Below, piece by piece: positions 22,869-35,334 of a stretch of DNA of 64,000 nucleotides (position 1 is the stretch's first letter; each line of letters begins with the position of its first letter). The translations under genes were made by a program, and so were the position numbers. Source of the stretch: Malacoraja senta. Its lineage: Eukaryota. The notes beneath the pieces were generated by a model, which was not told where the DNA came from, did not search any database, and was given only the letters and a program-made list of their open reading frames with translations. The stretch covers positions 21,020,001 through 21,084,000 of the forward strand of contig CM075989.1 in assembly GCA_038087875.1 (NCBI GenBank), read 5' to 3'.

Positions 22869-23631
22869 CATTGAACTATAGGGGCATCTGAACTCCAGAG
22901 CTGCCAGCAGCGGACAAGTCCTGTCCCAATGTTCTCTCTCGGAACAGTCAGCTTTCTGTGAGGAATGCTTTTACTTGTGAGAGGATAAGTCTGACTTTCT
23001 AAAGTGAGTTTCTGGCAACATTTCAGCTTGGCGCTGTTGTGTCTCAGTCATTTGCAGCGACACATTTTTTAATAGCTCACCACCAGTCTTCCTCTTCTCA
23101 CAGGAAATTGCCTTTCATTCCCCTTTTCTCACGACGAGGCCTCAGCTTCTCACTGTGGCTTACGATCGAGATTCTATTTCTTGTGACAACTTGCCACTTC
23201 CGCCTCACTTATTTCTCGGGAGTCCGCCGCTCAGCCTCTCTCTCTCCTCAAGGTGTTGCCCATGACTTGCTCACTTTTGCAAAGAAATTCTGCACAGATT
23301 CACAGCAAAGCTCTTGATTCGAACTGAAGCTTGACAAGGTGCTTGCAGTTTTGACAGCAATTCCACGCAATCTTCTTAGCATGAAGCCGGGAGGCTCGGA
23401 GCAACTATTTGTGGCCTGTGATCCCTGGGGCATCCACCGTTTGTTGATTTGTGCCATTGAAATCATTCCGCTTGCTCCCCTTAACAAAGCCAAGTCAACT
23501 CAAGTCAAGTCAAGTCAAGTTCAGCTCATTGTCACATTGTCATATGCACCAGTGGTGGGGTACAGGTACAATGAAAAGCTTGCTTGAATGTGACTTTTAC
23601 ACAATTGTGTGGTGTATATCAGGATTTAGGG

Positions 23632-23857
23632 GCCAGGGAGGAATCGCAGATGCTGGTTTACACCAAAGATAGACACAAAATGCTAGAGTAACTTAGCAGG
23701 TCAGGCAGCATCTCTGGAGAAAAGGAATAGATGACATTTCGGGTCGAGACCCTTCTTCAGACTGGTCCAAAGGGTCTCGACCCGAAACATCACCTATACC
23801 TTTACTCCAAGGATGCTGCCTGACCCGCTGAGTTACTCCAGCATTTTATGTCCATCT
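23632..23857. mobile_element. Fold-back PLE-derived element with ~13-bp TSD
   Basis: Inverted arms; tcagRatttaggg at 23619-23631 and 23858-23870. Confidence 0.8.
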
Positions 23858-23904
23858 TCAGAATTTAGGGTGTAGGTTTTGGGATTCACCTAACTTTCTT
23901 TTCA

Positions 23905-24060
23905 ATAGAGAATAGACAATAGACAATAGTTGCAGGAGCAGGCCATTCGGCCCTTCGAGCCAGCACCGCCATTCAATGTGATCATGGCTGATCATCCACA
24001 ATCACTACCTGTTCCTGCCTTCTCCCCATATCCCCTGACTCCGCTATCTTTAAGAGCTAT
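23905..24060 (-). mobile_element. CR1 3' tail
   Basis: (agacaat)n then gcaggagcaggccattcggcccttcgagcc. Confidence 0.85.
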
Positions 24061-24076
24061 CTTTCACACAGAGGTT

Positions 24077-24232
24077 TTGTTTAAGAAAGAACTGCAGATG
24101 CTGGAAAAATCGAAGGTAGGCAAAAATGGTGGAGGAACTCAGAGGGTGAGGCAGCATCTATGGAGCGAAGGAATAGGTGACGTTTCGGGTCGAGACCCTT
24201 CTTCAGACTGAATTTCTCCAGCATTTTGTCCA
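24077..24232 (-). mobile_element. PLE terminal-repeat element with short fold-back arm and 16-bp TSD
   Basis: Intact hammerhead core on minus strand at 24179-24206; ctttcacacagaggtt at 24061-24076 and 24233-24248. Confidence 0.85.
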
Positions 24233-24699
24233 CTTTCACACAGAGGTTGGTTGGTGTATGGAACGAGGTGCCAGAGGAAGTAGTTGCGGCAGGTGCTACA
24301 ACAACATACAGTACATAGAATGTAGAAGAATACAGCGCAGGAACCGAGCTTTCTCCCCACAATATCTATGCTGAACAATGATGGCAGGAAACTAATCTCA
24401 CCTGCACATGATCCATATCCCTCCATTCCTGTATATCCATGTGCCTATCTCAATACCTCTTAAACGCCAAAGGCTCCAAAGAGATCTTGGATAGGTGCAT
24501 GGATAGGATAGATTTAGAGGGACCAAATGCAAGCAAATGGGACGTGTAGATGAGGCACTTTGCTCAGCATGGACTTGTTGTGCCAAACGGCCTGTTTCTG
24601 TGCTGTATAATTCTATGACTATCAAAGAATGCAAAAACAGATCATATTTTAATGTGTTGGTCATTAGGACATTACAATGCAGCACAGCGGTAGAGTAAT

Positions 24700-25070
24700 A
24701 CCCATGCAGGTCACGGGGAGAACGTACAAACTCCGTACAAACAACGTCTGTTGTCAGGAGTGAACCCGGGTCTCTGGCGCTGTAAGGCAGCAAGCAACTC
24801 TACCGCTGCGCCACCATGCCACAGAGTGTTCTGTGACAAACTTTTGCTTCACTGTATGCATCCTTAAATCTGTTTACATTGAGTTGTTTAGCCAGACATA
24901 GAAACATAGAAAATAGGTGTGGGAGTAGGCCATTCGGCCCTTTGAGCCAGCACCGCCATTCAATATGATCATGGCTGATCATCCAAATCAGTTCCCCGTT
25001 CCTGCTTTCTCCCCATATCCCTTGGTTCCGTTAGCCTAAGAGCCAAGTCTAACTGTCTCTTGAATACATT
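24700..25070 (-). mobile_element. V-SINE head (24700-24822) and CR1 tail (24895-25070)
   Basis: Match the family consensus seen elsewhere in the window. Confidence 0.8.
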
Positions 25071-25419
25071 GTGCCTTGGGGATGCCTCTTGGTGTGGTAG
25101 TGAAGGTGGAAATAATGAGAATCTGTACAACGCATGGTCACTCTCACATCAAGCTGGTCTTTCTTGCTGACAATAACATGGTGAATATGATGCCTCTGCT
25201 CAGAATATGGAAGCGTCCAAGAAATATTGCAGTGGTTGAGTTGCCAAATTATGTTTATGATCAATGCTTTCTTTGTGATAGTTTGCATCGGGATGTACTG
25301 TCACCTCTAAAAAGTTCTAAACTAGATTTTTCAAATTTTAGAATTTTTAATATTATGTAAAGATTACAAAATTTAAAAATAAAAATGCGTTAATTAAAAG
25401 ACAGCCAGCCCTTCAACAT

Positions 25420-25730
25420 CTTTAGTTTTAGTTTAGTTTAGAGATGCGTTGCTGAAACAGGCCCTTCCGCCCACCGAGTCTGTGCTGACCAGCGATCACC
25501 CCGTACGCTAACACTATCCGACACACACACCAGGGACAATTTACAATTTTTACTAAAGCCAATTAACGAACAAACCTGTGTCTTTGCAGTGTGGGAGGAA
25601 ACCGGAGCACCCGGAGAAAACCCACACGGGGAGAACGTACAAACTCCGTACAGACAGCACCCGTCACGATTGAACCTGGATCTCTGGCGATGTAAGGCAG
25701 CAGCTCTACCGCTGTACCATTGTACCGCCC
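25420..25730 (-). mobile_element. V-SINE, full length
   Basis: (TTTAG)n tail, V-domain, head. Confidence 0.9.
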
Positions 25731-25740
25731 TTAAGCGCCT

Positions 25741-25741
<1 letters not shown>

Positions 25742-25778
<37 letters not shown>

Positions 25779-25822
25779 ATTTTATTTATATAGCGCTTTT
25801 CAGGACTCAAAGTCGCTTAAAG
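25742..25822 (-). mobile_element. L2-type 3' tail with (ATA)n microsatellite
   Basis: tttatatagcgcttttcaggactcaaagtcgctt, related to 8708-8745. Confidence 0.55.
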
Positions 25823-25927
25823 GACGATTACCTGCCATAGACATTAAAAGCAAGGAAGATACGCATACTGGCACCTTCTGTCGACAGTAAAAGCACTTTT
25901 TTCCCAGGGTGGAGATGTCTACGAATA

Positions 25928-26242
25928 TAGTTTAGTTTAGTTTAGGGATACAGCGCAAAAACAGGCCCTTGGCCCACCGTGTCCGCGACGATCAGCGATC
26001 CTCGCATATTAACGCTATCCTCTACGCACTAGGGATAATTCTTACATTTACCATGCCAATTTACCTACATACCTGTACGTCCTTGGAGTGTGGGCGGAAA
26101 CCGAAGATCTCGGCGAAAACCCACGCAGGTCACGGGGAGGAGGCACAAACTCCGTACCAGACAGCACCCGTAGTCGGGATCGATCCCGGGTCTCCGACAC
26201 TGCAAAATGCTGTAAGGCAGCAACTCTGCCGCCGCGCCGCCC
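25928..26242 (-). mobile_element. V-SINE, full length
   Basis: Insertion-bearing head subfamily. Confidence 0.9.
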
Positions 26243-27129
26243 AAAGATAAGAAGATAAGAAGCTTTAAGATAAGAAGAGCAAAATTTAAAGAGGATGTGA
26301 AGAGCAATTTTTTACACCGAGTTAAACCAATGCCAATACCGATAACAATACCATTATTCTCTAGCTGCAAGGGTGAGAATAATAGGGTCCTTAGTTACTC
26401 ATAAATGCAGTGATCCCTCTCCAGTTTATATTGTGCCCCATTAAAATAATTATTAAATCCTGCATTTTCAAATGTCTTTTTTGATTCATTGTTATCCTTT
26501 ATTTCAAGCATTCAAAAATTAATTGCAGTGCATTGGATTTAACAATATTTCTATTCGTTAGAAAATGCTCCATTATTTATTAAAGTATCAATAATCTAAC
26601 ATCAAAGACACGTTAAAAGATATTCATATACATCACCAATGTTAATCATGCAGGTATAATTATACAAGGTTAAAACAATTGTTTTTATGTAGGTTAAATA
26701 TAGATTAAATTATTTACGTCTTTGAATAATAAAAATGAAACAAAAAATTTATTTGAAGCTAATTTAATATCGTATATAATTAAATGGTCTCATTTATTGT
26801 CAGTAGTCCATTATGATTCATTCATATGAAATGCAGATTACAATTTTCTTAACTAAAAGTTTGGGAAGAGATGAAAGCACAAGTATTTCATATTTTATAA
26901 CAAGCAAACAAAGTTATATATCAAACTGTTTTGTAATTCGTTCCGTTTCAATTGAATAAATTGATTAGATTTAAATTTAATAAGCTGTAATCTGTGGTTC
27001 TTAAAAGTTTACATAACTGCTGAACTCAATCGAGAGGGCATTTACTTTTGCACTTTAATATGTGTTGATTGCTTACATTAAATGTATCACTAAGGTAATT
27101 TAAGAGCTTTGGATATAAATGTACATCGG

Positions 27130-27470
27130 TTCGTGATAGGAGCAGAATTAGGCTATTTAGCCCATCAAGTCTACTCCGCCATTCAATCGTGGCTGATCTA
27201 TCTCTCTCCTCTCAACCCCATTCTCGTGCCTTCCCCCACAACCCCTGACACCCATATTAATCAAGATTCTATCTATCGCTGCCTTAAAAACATCCTTTGA
27301 CTTGGTCTCCACAGCCTTCTGTGGCAATGAATTCTGCAGATTCACCAGATTCACTGACTAAATAAATTCCTCCTCATCTCCTTCCTAAAGGAATGTCCTT
27401 TAATTCCGTGGCTATGACCTCTGGTCCTAGACTCACCCACTAGTGGAGACATCCTCTCCACATCCACTCT
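27130..27470 (-). mobile_element. CR1 3' fragment, third subfamily
   Basis: ERMSPLVGESRTRGHSHGIKGHSFRKEMRRN; NSLPQKAVETKS. Confidence 0.85.
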
Positions 27471-27929
27471 GCACAGATATAGAGGAAAACACAAAGTCCT
27501 GGAGGAACTCAGCCAGGTCAGGAGCATCTGTGGAAGAATGGACATATGACGTTTCAGGTCATTCTGAAGAAGATTTTGTCTGCCCATTCCCTCAATGTGC
27601 TGCCAGACCTGCTAAGTTGCTCCAGCACTTGTTTTTTTTTTGCTCAGGATTTCTGCATCTGCAGTTGCTTGTGTTACCATTTTACTACTTCACTGCAAAA
27701 TCTTCTCAAGAATCCCAGTTTTGAAGAAGTTCTCCCTCTCCAACAGATTGCAGAAGCGCCTCGATCCGAAACGTCATTTGTCCGTTCCCTCCACAGATGC
27801 TGTCTGACCCACTGAGCTCCTTCCAGAATCTTGTGCCTCAACATTATACATTGTGGGCCTATTCACGCCTGTACTGCTCACCACTATTTTATCTCAAAAG
27901 ACATGTACTGCAGTAGTATTGTAGCCAGT

Positions 27930-28121
27930 GTGTAAGAAGGAACTGCAGATGCTGGTTTACACCGAAGATAGACACAAAAATCTGGAGTAACTCAGCGAGT
28001 AAGGCAGCATCTCTGGAGAAAAACAATAGGTGACGTTTCTTGTTGAGACCTTCATCAGACTACAGACTACAGTCAGCTGAAGGGTCTCGACCCGAAACGT
28101 CACCTATTCTTTCTCTCCACC
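27930..28121. mobile_element. Fold-back PLE-derived element with 12-bp TSD
   Basis: attgtagccagt at 27918-27929 and 28122-28133. Confidence 0.8.
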
Positions 28122-28833
28122 ATTGTAGCCAGTATGGTATCTTGATAGATCTTAAATATCGCAACCTGTGTGTGTGGAGGCCTGTGATTCAAAGCAACAT
28201 TCAGCTGTAGTACTTTATCATTCAACTTTTGGAGACTGATTGGTCTTTAACAGAGGGCAATGTAACAGGGAATGGTTTGAGTTTTTTGTAGCTGGCCGGC
28301 TATTCTTAATCAAAACAAAAAAATATGGTTTCTGTTACTGGTGCAGTCAAAATAAAAATAAAATGGCCCTGGAAAGGAAAACCTGACAGCCATCTTTATC
28401 AAAGACGCACAGTCAGGTGAGCAGGATTTATGAGGTAGAACGTACGGCTTGTTATAGTTCAGGGTGAGGGGAGTATCTAAACCTATTTGCTGTTGCTTAT
28501 GTAGGAACAGTTTCATTACTGGGTTTATTGATTGCCAATCCTTGACATGAAGGAAAAACGTCATCTACTAGGTTCCTCATTGCACAGGTCTCCTGTTGAC
28601 GAAGCTGTTTACATTGGACTTACAAGGTGCTTGGGCTGGAAAGGGTGCAGAGAAGTGTGTAGGAAGGAACCTTAAAGCATGGATAGTAGGAGAATTAGGG
28701 TAGAGTTTTGGGGCATGTGAAAGAGAGGAGAGTACATAGAACATAGAACAGTACAGATAAACAAAAAGCAGGAGCAACTCAGCTGATTCAGGCAGCATCG
28801 CTGGAGAAAAGGAATAGGTGACATTTCAGAGGA

Positions 28834-29253
28834 ATCTTTGTAAAGATTCTCTGCTGAAGAAGTCTGAAGAAGGGACTCGACAAGAACTGTCACCTGTTTA
28901 AGAAGGAACTGCAGATGCTGGAAAATCGAAGGTAGACAAAAATGCTGGAGAAACTCAGCGGGTGCAGCAGCATCTATGGAGCGAAGGAAATAGGCAACGT
29001 TTCGGCCCGAAACCCTGAAGGAAATAGGCAACGTTTCGGGCCGAAACCCTGAAGGAAATAGGCAACGATTCGGGCCGAAACCCGAAACGTTGGCTATTTC
29101 CTTCGCTCCATAGATGCTGCTGCACCCGCTGTGTTTCTCCAGCATTTTTGTCTACCTTCGATTTTCCAGCATCTGCAGTTCCTTCTTAAACAGGTGACAG
29201 TTCTTGTCGAGTCCCTTCTTCAGACTTCTTCAGCAGAGAATCTTTACAAAGAT
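28834..29253. repeat. Near-perfect 420-bp palindrome of PLE repeat plus flank, with central 34-bp x3 tandem
   Basis: Arms at ~28834-29004 and ~29082-29253 are reverse complements with very few mismatches. Confidence 0.95.
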
Positions 29254-29624
29254 GTTCACTGTTTCAGTGGTTCTTTATGAATGAATGTATGATACTTTAT
29301 TATTACGTGACATCTGCAGGAGCAATATTGTCTACAGTAGTCTCTGATCACTGACTCATAATGTCACACTCTTAATTCATTGACTTCATTGAGAGACACA
29401 GCATGGAAATAGGCTATAATGAAAAGGAACTGCAGATGCAGGTGTGTACTAAAGATAGACGCAAAGCGCTGGAGTAACTCAACGAGTCAGGCAGAATCTC
29501 TTGAGAAAATGGATAAGTGACGTTTCGAGTTGGGACCCATCTTCAGTCTTCTTTTGTGCCTGTCTATGGAAATAGGCTGGTTACATAATTGACCACTGTA
29601 AATTGCAAGCCAGTGAGATGGGAA

Positions 29625-30293
29625 GATGATCCAGAAAATAATGTGTTTCAAAAGAAATTAATGGACTATGGGTTAATAACTGGAAAAAAGCTAATTCTAA
29701 AATTTTGGAAGAAGGCTCCAATACCAACTATAAATATGTGGATTTCAAATATGTTTGAAACATTACACCTAGAAGAGATAAGACTCCTCCTAGCAGGTAA
29801 ACCAGATCACTTCCACCTGACGTGGTCTGCATTTATAGAATTATTACAAACATAGGGTGCAAAAGTACTTTAAAAAAAATAAAAAATTGAGGTCAGGTAA
29901 GGGGGGATGATAGTTGAAGAATTGGTATGTCCTATTTACGTAATGCTCAAAAAAATATATATTTTTTCTTTTTTTTTTTCCTCTCTCTCTTTCTCTTTTT
30001 TTTCCTAGGGCCTATTTCTTAACTCTTTTTCTTTTGTTTTTAATTTCGCTCTTATAGGGTCTTCATCCTTTTTTGTTGTTACATTTTCTACACTTTTCTA
30101 CACTTTCACTTTTTCCTTCACTTTCTTCTTTCTTTCAATCTTTTCCTTTTCTAGTGTAAAAAAATAAATAAAGGGAGTACATTAATTGTAAGAAGATACA
30201 AATGACGAGTATTAAGGTATGTGGTTGTAATGTAATGTACTTCTAATAAATAAAAATTAAAATTTTTTTTTTTTTTAAAAAGAAGAAAAAAAA
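29625..30293 (+). mobile_element. 5'-truncated L1-clade LINE
   Basis: YGLITGKKLILKFWKKAPIPTINMWISNMFETLHLEEIR...TWSAFIELL*, T-rich UTR, AATAAA and A-rich tail; TSD gagatgggaa at 29615-29624 and 30294-30303. Confidence 0.85.
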
Positions 30294-30552
30294 GAGATGG
30301 GAAAGTGGGATAACACGAAACGAGTGTGAACGGGTGATCGATGGCCGGTGTGGTCTCGGTGAGCCGAAGGGCATGCTTCCATCTTTCAATCAATCAATTC
30401 AATGGATAATGAAGGTGAGGGACAAAACACACGAGGGAATAATGGTTAAAGGAATGAAAAAGCTTCTGTTTAAATTCCCCGTTATTCTGCAATGGGTTCG
30501 ATAAGTCGACAGAGTATGCAAAACTGATAGGAGCACTGGTATTGTCCAGAGT

Positions 30553-30825
30553 AGTTTAGTTTAGTTTATTGTCACGTGGTTCGAGGTACAGTGAAAAGCT
30601 TTTGTTGTGTGCTAACCTGTCAGCGGAAAGATTACATGATTCCAATTGAGCCTTCCACAGTGTACAGATACATAATAAAGGGAATAACGTTTAGTGCAAT
30701 ATAGTTCGATTAAAGATAGTCCGAGGGTCTCCAATGATCATAGCTCAAGACCACTCTCTAGTTGTTGATAGGATGGTTCAGTTGCCCTGATAACAGGTGG
30801 GAAGAAATTGTTCTTGAATCTGTGC
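30553..30825 (-). mobile_element. Rex/Babar-type 3' end
   Basis: (TTTAG)n tttattgtcacg...tacagtgaaaagctttt...gatggttcagttgcc.tgataacag; related to 22095-22260. Confidence 0.6.
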
Positions 30826-31099
30826 CAGTGCAGGTGATGAATCTGGCCTTAAATAAATACAACTCGCATGTAATAATGGGGGCTTCCACCATTTTTGCAG
30901 ATGTATCTCCCCATTTGATTCCCAAGTCACTGTGATCAAAGTAAAATTTGCAGAGAGTGTGGCTATGCATGTATTCTGTCACGTTTGGTAATCTTTGTGT
31001 TCTAGGCTCAGGATTTGGTCAGAAAATAATCAACCTTCTTAAACCTCTTGTGCGGAGCTGAGCAATACCTGAGTTTATGACTGCTTGTGTTGGCATTGT

Positions 31100-31210
31100 G
31101 AAAACTGAGGATTAGTTTCCATGGCAACTAAAATAAATAGTCCTATTTTTATAGAGCGCAGCTGAAAATGATTGGCAGATCAATCCCTTTTGACTGACAG
31201 CTGGAGAGGA
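31100..31210. promoter_or_regulatory. Candidate enhancer motif cluster (RFX X-box, two PBX-MEIS/PREP-like decamers, E-boxes)
   Basis: GTTTCCATGGCAAC 31115-31128; TGATTGGCAG 31169-31178; TGACTGACAG 31191-31200; CAGCTG twice; in repeat-free sequence. Confidence 0.45.
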
Positions 31211-31469
31211 ATGAGAAAGCCTGAACATACGAGGCACTTATGAAGAGTTCTTGACAGGTTCAAGAGCTTGTACACTTTTTTTGAACTTCGAGGTCCCTGA
31301 GAGAACCTTGCACAGTAGGAGAAGCAGCAAAACCTATCATTTAAATTGTACTTTGAGCGATTATGTGCTTCATTAGCACTAATTTCACCTCAACAACTAA
31401 TCTAGCACAGATGATTGCCTTCCGATCTTTGGAAATCCCTGAATCTTGATCAGGCACACTAGTGCAATG

Positions 31470-31672
31470 TTTAGCAAGGAACTGCAGATGCTGGTTTACA
31501 CCAAAGGTAGACACAACATGCTGGAGTAACTCAGCGGGACAGGCAGCATCTCTGGAGAGAAGGAATGGGTGACTTTTCGGGTCTGAAGAAGGGTCTCGAC
31601 CAGAAACGTCACTCATTCCTTCTCTCCAGCGATGCTACCTGTCCCGCTAAGTTACTCCAGCATTTTGTGTCT
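31470..31672. mobile_element. Fold-back PLE-derived element
   Basis: Inverted arms; hammerhead core at 31583-31610 (+). Confidence 0.8.
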
Positions 31673-32139
31673 GCATTAGCGCTCTGCTTTTGGCTACAAG
31701 AACGTATCGACTAATGTTGTAGCCTAAACCAGAGGCAAGTCCAAAAATGATGATGAAGATACTTTATTGTCACATGTACCTAGGTACAGTGAAATTCTTT
31801 GTTTTGCATATAATCCAGTAAAATTATAGTAGATGAGCACAATCATAGATAAGTGCAAAAGTGCAATGATTGTAGTGCAATTCCAGACTTCACCGAGACA
31901 GTTCACAAAGAGTCGCCATGTTTCTGGTGCCCACAAAGTTTCAAAGTTCCTAAGAGTGCAGTCTTCTCTTGACCTTAAAGGCCCGTTGTCCTGGCAACAC
32001 CGATCCTCTCCTCCATCCACCGCCATTTTGAAAACGGCCCCTTGTCCAGCGTCCGCTGTGGTTGCCGACTCCCTGCTATACAATAGTGCTGGCATGGTAA
32101 TCTGATTAATAATGTTTGGTGAGAAGAAGGAGTTTCCAA

Positions 32140-32785
32140 AGGGTTCTGAGGGGAAACTTTTTATAAATTGGCAAGCTGTTGGTACCCGGAAAGGAGCTGC
32201 CAGAAGAAATGAGGGAGGCATTCAATAGTCAAGGCACCGAAGGATATGCTCCTAATAGGTGTAAAAGACACTTAGAAAATATTTGGACAGGTATGTGGAT
32301 AGGAAAGGTTTAATGGGATATGGGGCAAATGCAAGCAGGTGGGACTAGCGTAGATGGGGCAACTTGGTCAGCATGGACAAGTTGGGCTGAAGGTAGACAC
32401 AAGATGCTGGAGTATCTCAACGGGTCAGGCAGCATCTCTGGAGAAAATGCATAAGTTACACTTCGGGTATCTTTGGTGTAAACCAGCACTTGCAGTTTAG
32501 TTTAATTTAGATCAATGCGGAAACAGGCCCTTCAGCCCACCGGGTCTGCGATCCCCACACATTAACACTACCCTACACACACTATGGACAATTTTACACC
32601 TATACAAAGCCGATTAACCTGCAAACCTGTACATATTTGGAGTGTGGGAGGAAACCGAAGATCTCGGACAAAACCCACGCAGGTCACGGGGAGAATGTAC
32701 AAACTCCGTACTGACAGCATCCATAGTCAGGATCAAACCCATGTCTCTGGCGCTGGAAGGCAGTAGCTCTGCTGCTATTCCACTG
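32140..32785. mobile_element. CR1 remnant (+, 32140-32392), PLE repeat (32390-32495), V-SINE (-, 32495-32785)
   Basis: Adjacent matches to the three window families. Confidence 0.75.
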
Positions 32786-33519
32786 TTCCTTTTTATTATA
32801 TTGGGCCGAGTGGCTGTTCTCAGCGCTGTGTGACTCTGTGACTCTAAATGGGGTTAGTGTATTTGGGGAAAGGTTGGCATGATGGTGGTGGGCGGAGGGG
32901 CCAGTTTCTGTGCTGTAAGACTCTTTGACTCATTATATCAGTGCAAAGCTCTGAACTTGATCTGAACCCAGCATCAAATGCACTCTGTTATTGTAATATG
33001 CATGGGATATTTTTCATTGCATTTAGCTTGGTTAATCTTCTTTGACATGGTCGTTTGCGCAGGAAGCATGCGAAGGGAGGAAGTGCACCAATCTGGCTCA
33101 CTACTTATCACACTCACCCGTGAAACACATCCAACATTAAAATCCCGCTGCAAGATTTGACCATATCAACCCAGCTGTTTGTGCTGAGTACATTATTTAG
33201 AACTGCTCCGTGGCTATAGATGGGTTGCTATAGAGATGCTTCACTGCGTTCCGACCTACCCCCGGCTGGATGTAAAGGATCTTATGTCCGACTGAGTGAG
33301 AGGAGTGAGTCTGAGCCCGATTCCTTCCACAACCAAAACCAGGTTCATTTGTCATTTATCATCATAGATGTTTATTGTTTGCACACAGAGCAGTTACAAC
33401 ACTTCAAAAAAGAATGAATAGGATGCTGAACATAATGGAATGTGCTGAGGTTGTTAAAGAACCAGTGCTGGGTAATATTACCGTTGTTAATTTTTGTTAA
33501 TTAATGATCTCATTCTCAT

Positions 33520-33862
33520 TTGGTGGTGAATCTGTGGAACTCATTGCCACAGAAGGCAGTGGAGGCCAAGTCAATAGATATTTTTAAGGCAGAGATAGAT
33601 AGATTCTTGATTAGTACGGGCGTCAGGGATTATAGGGAGAAGGCAGGAGAATGGACGGGAAAGGAATGGAGGGTTATGGTCTGAGCACAGGTATATGGGA
33701 CTAGGGGAGAATACGTGTTCGGCACGGACTAGAAGGGTCGAGATGGCCTGTTCCCGTGCTGTAATTGTTATATGGTTATATGGTTATATAATGGGGTTGC
33801 GAGGGGAAGATAGATCGGCCATGATTGAATGGCGGAGGTGGCCTGAGGGGCCGAATGGCCCA
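33520..33862 (+). mobile_element. CR1 3' fragment with nested CR1 tail (33655-33790)
   Basis: VVNLWNSLPQKAVEAKSIDIFKAEIDRFL; inner tail ends (atatggtt)n. Confidence 0.8.
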
Positions 33863-33944
33863 ATAAACTAAACTCACAACTCTGAAGACATTGTTAAAGA
33901 TAAATTATGTAGAGAAGCTTTATGTAAAATATGAGATCACAGCT

Positions 33945-34260
33945 GGCCCTTGCTGTCCCTCTCTCTCAATCCCTCCCCCTTCCCAGTTCTCCGACTAGTC
34001 TGGCTGTCTCTGAATACATTTTATCTCTGTTTGCTTTGATGTCGCCTTCTCCTAGCTAACAAAGATCTATTCTACATTTTCCTTGATCTCCACCCGCTTT
34101 GATGTCTCATTCTCACACCTTACACTTCCTTATCTCTGTATCTCCCCCTCCCCTGAACTCTCAGTCTGAAGAAGGGTCTCGACCTGAAACGTCACCCATT
34201 CCTTCTCTCCAGAGATGCTGCCTGTCCCGCTGAGTTACTTCAGCATTTTGTGTCTATTTC
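33945..34260 (+). mobile_element. Penelope-like 3' region with hammerhead repeat
   Basis: Reverse complement of 20232-20540 and 58762-59065; core ctgaagaagggtctcgacctgaaacgtc at 34166-34193. A further copy lies at 34618-34718. Confidence 0.8.
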
Positions 34261-34842
34261 TGGAATTTTAATGTTTTTGATCAATGAATTGCAAAGAAAT
34301 GTTTAAAAGGAGATAAGAGTGTCTGATGTTCCTCAAATACAACAGGGTTTTTAGCATTTTGGTCCATTATTAGCTTATCTAAAACAAGAAGTAGAGGGTG
34401 CTGGACATAGTTAGCAGGTCAGGTAGGTAGGACAGAGAGAAATGGAGTCAACATTTCAAGTTGATGTTGAAAACTACAGGGAAACAGCAATTAGACCATA
34501 ACTGAAGGAGAGGTTGCTGGATGTAATGTAAACGGGCCATGTTGCATCTCCTGTTCGCTTTATAGGCCGGTATCAGTTGTCGCTTGTAAATGAATCTGCT
34601 GCCATTCAAACATTCACCCAGTCTGAAGAAGGATCTCGAATCGAAACGTCACCTGTTACTTTTCCCCTGAGATGCTGCCTGACCCGCTGAGTTACTCCAG
34701 CTCTCTGTGTCCATCTTCTTTAAATAAAATATATCAATTGGAGAGACATTGTTTTGCCTCAGAATACCTGTTCAGTGGGTTTTCATTGATAGGTGTCAGC
34801 ACCGAGCTTTTATCCTTGGTACCGATGATATTCACCAAGCAC

Positions 34843-35152
34843 AGAAACATAGAAACATAGAAACTAGATGCAGAAATAGGCCATTCGGCCCTTCCAGCCA
34901 ACCGACATTCAATATGATCATGGCTGATCATCCAGAATCAGTATCCCGTTCCTGCTTTCACCCATATCCCTTGATTCCGTTAGTCCTAAGAGCTAAATCT
35001 AACTCTCTCTTGAAAACATCCAGTGAATTGGCCTCCACTGCCTTCTGCGGCAAAGAATTCCACAGATTCACAACTCTCTGGGTGGAAAAAGTTTTTCCTC
35101 ATCTCAGTCCTAAATGGCTGACCCCTTATTCTTAAACTGTGACCCCTGGTTC
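34843..35152 (-). mobile_element. CR1 3' fragment
   Basis: (agaaacat)n tail, UTR and C-terminal coding. Confidence 0.9.
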
Positions 35153-35334
35153 AGTTCTCTCAATGAGATGGCTTTGTGGGATTTGATTTAATTGTCTTTT
35201 TTCTTTAGACATTAGGTTACAGTCATACAGGCCCTTCGGCATAATTCTTCCATGCCATCCAAGATGCCCCACCAGCTAAGCTAGTTCCATTTGGTCCATA
35301 TCTCTCTAAACCTTTCCTATCCATGTACCTGTCC

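Noticed and set aside
23039..23493. Possible host exon in unique sequence
   Set aside because: Overlapping short ORFs on both strands, no recognisable domain, and no convincing splice pair.
28983..29085. CRISPR-like array
   Set aside because: Contiguous 34-bp tandem units with no unique spacers, no cas genes, and a eukaryotic context.
28672..29145. 157-aa ORF
   Set aside because: Reads through the PLE palindrome and tandem repeat; no protein-like features.
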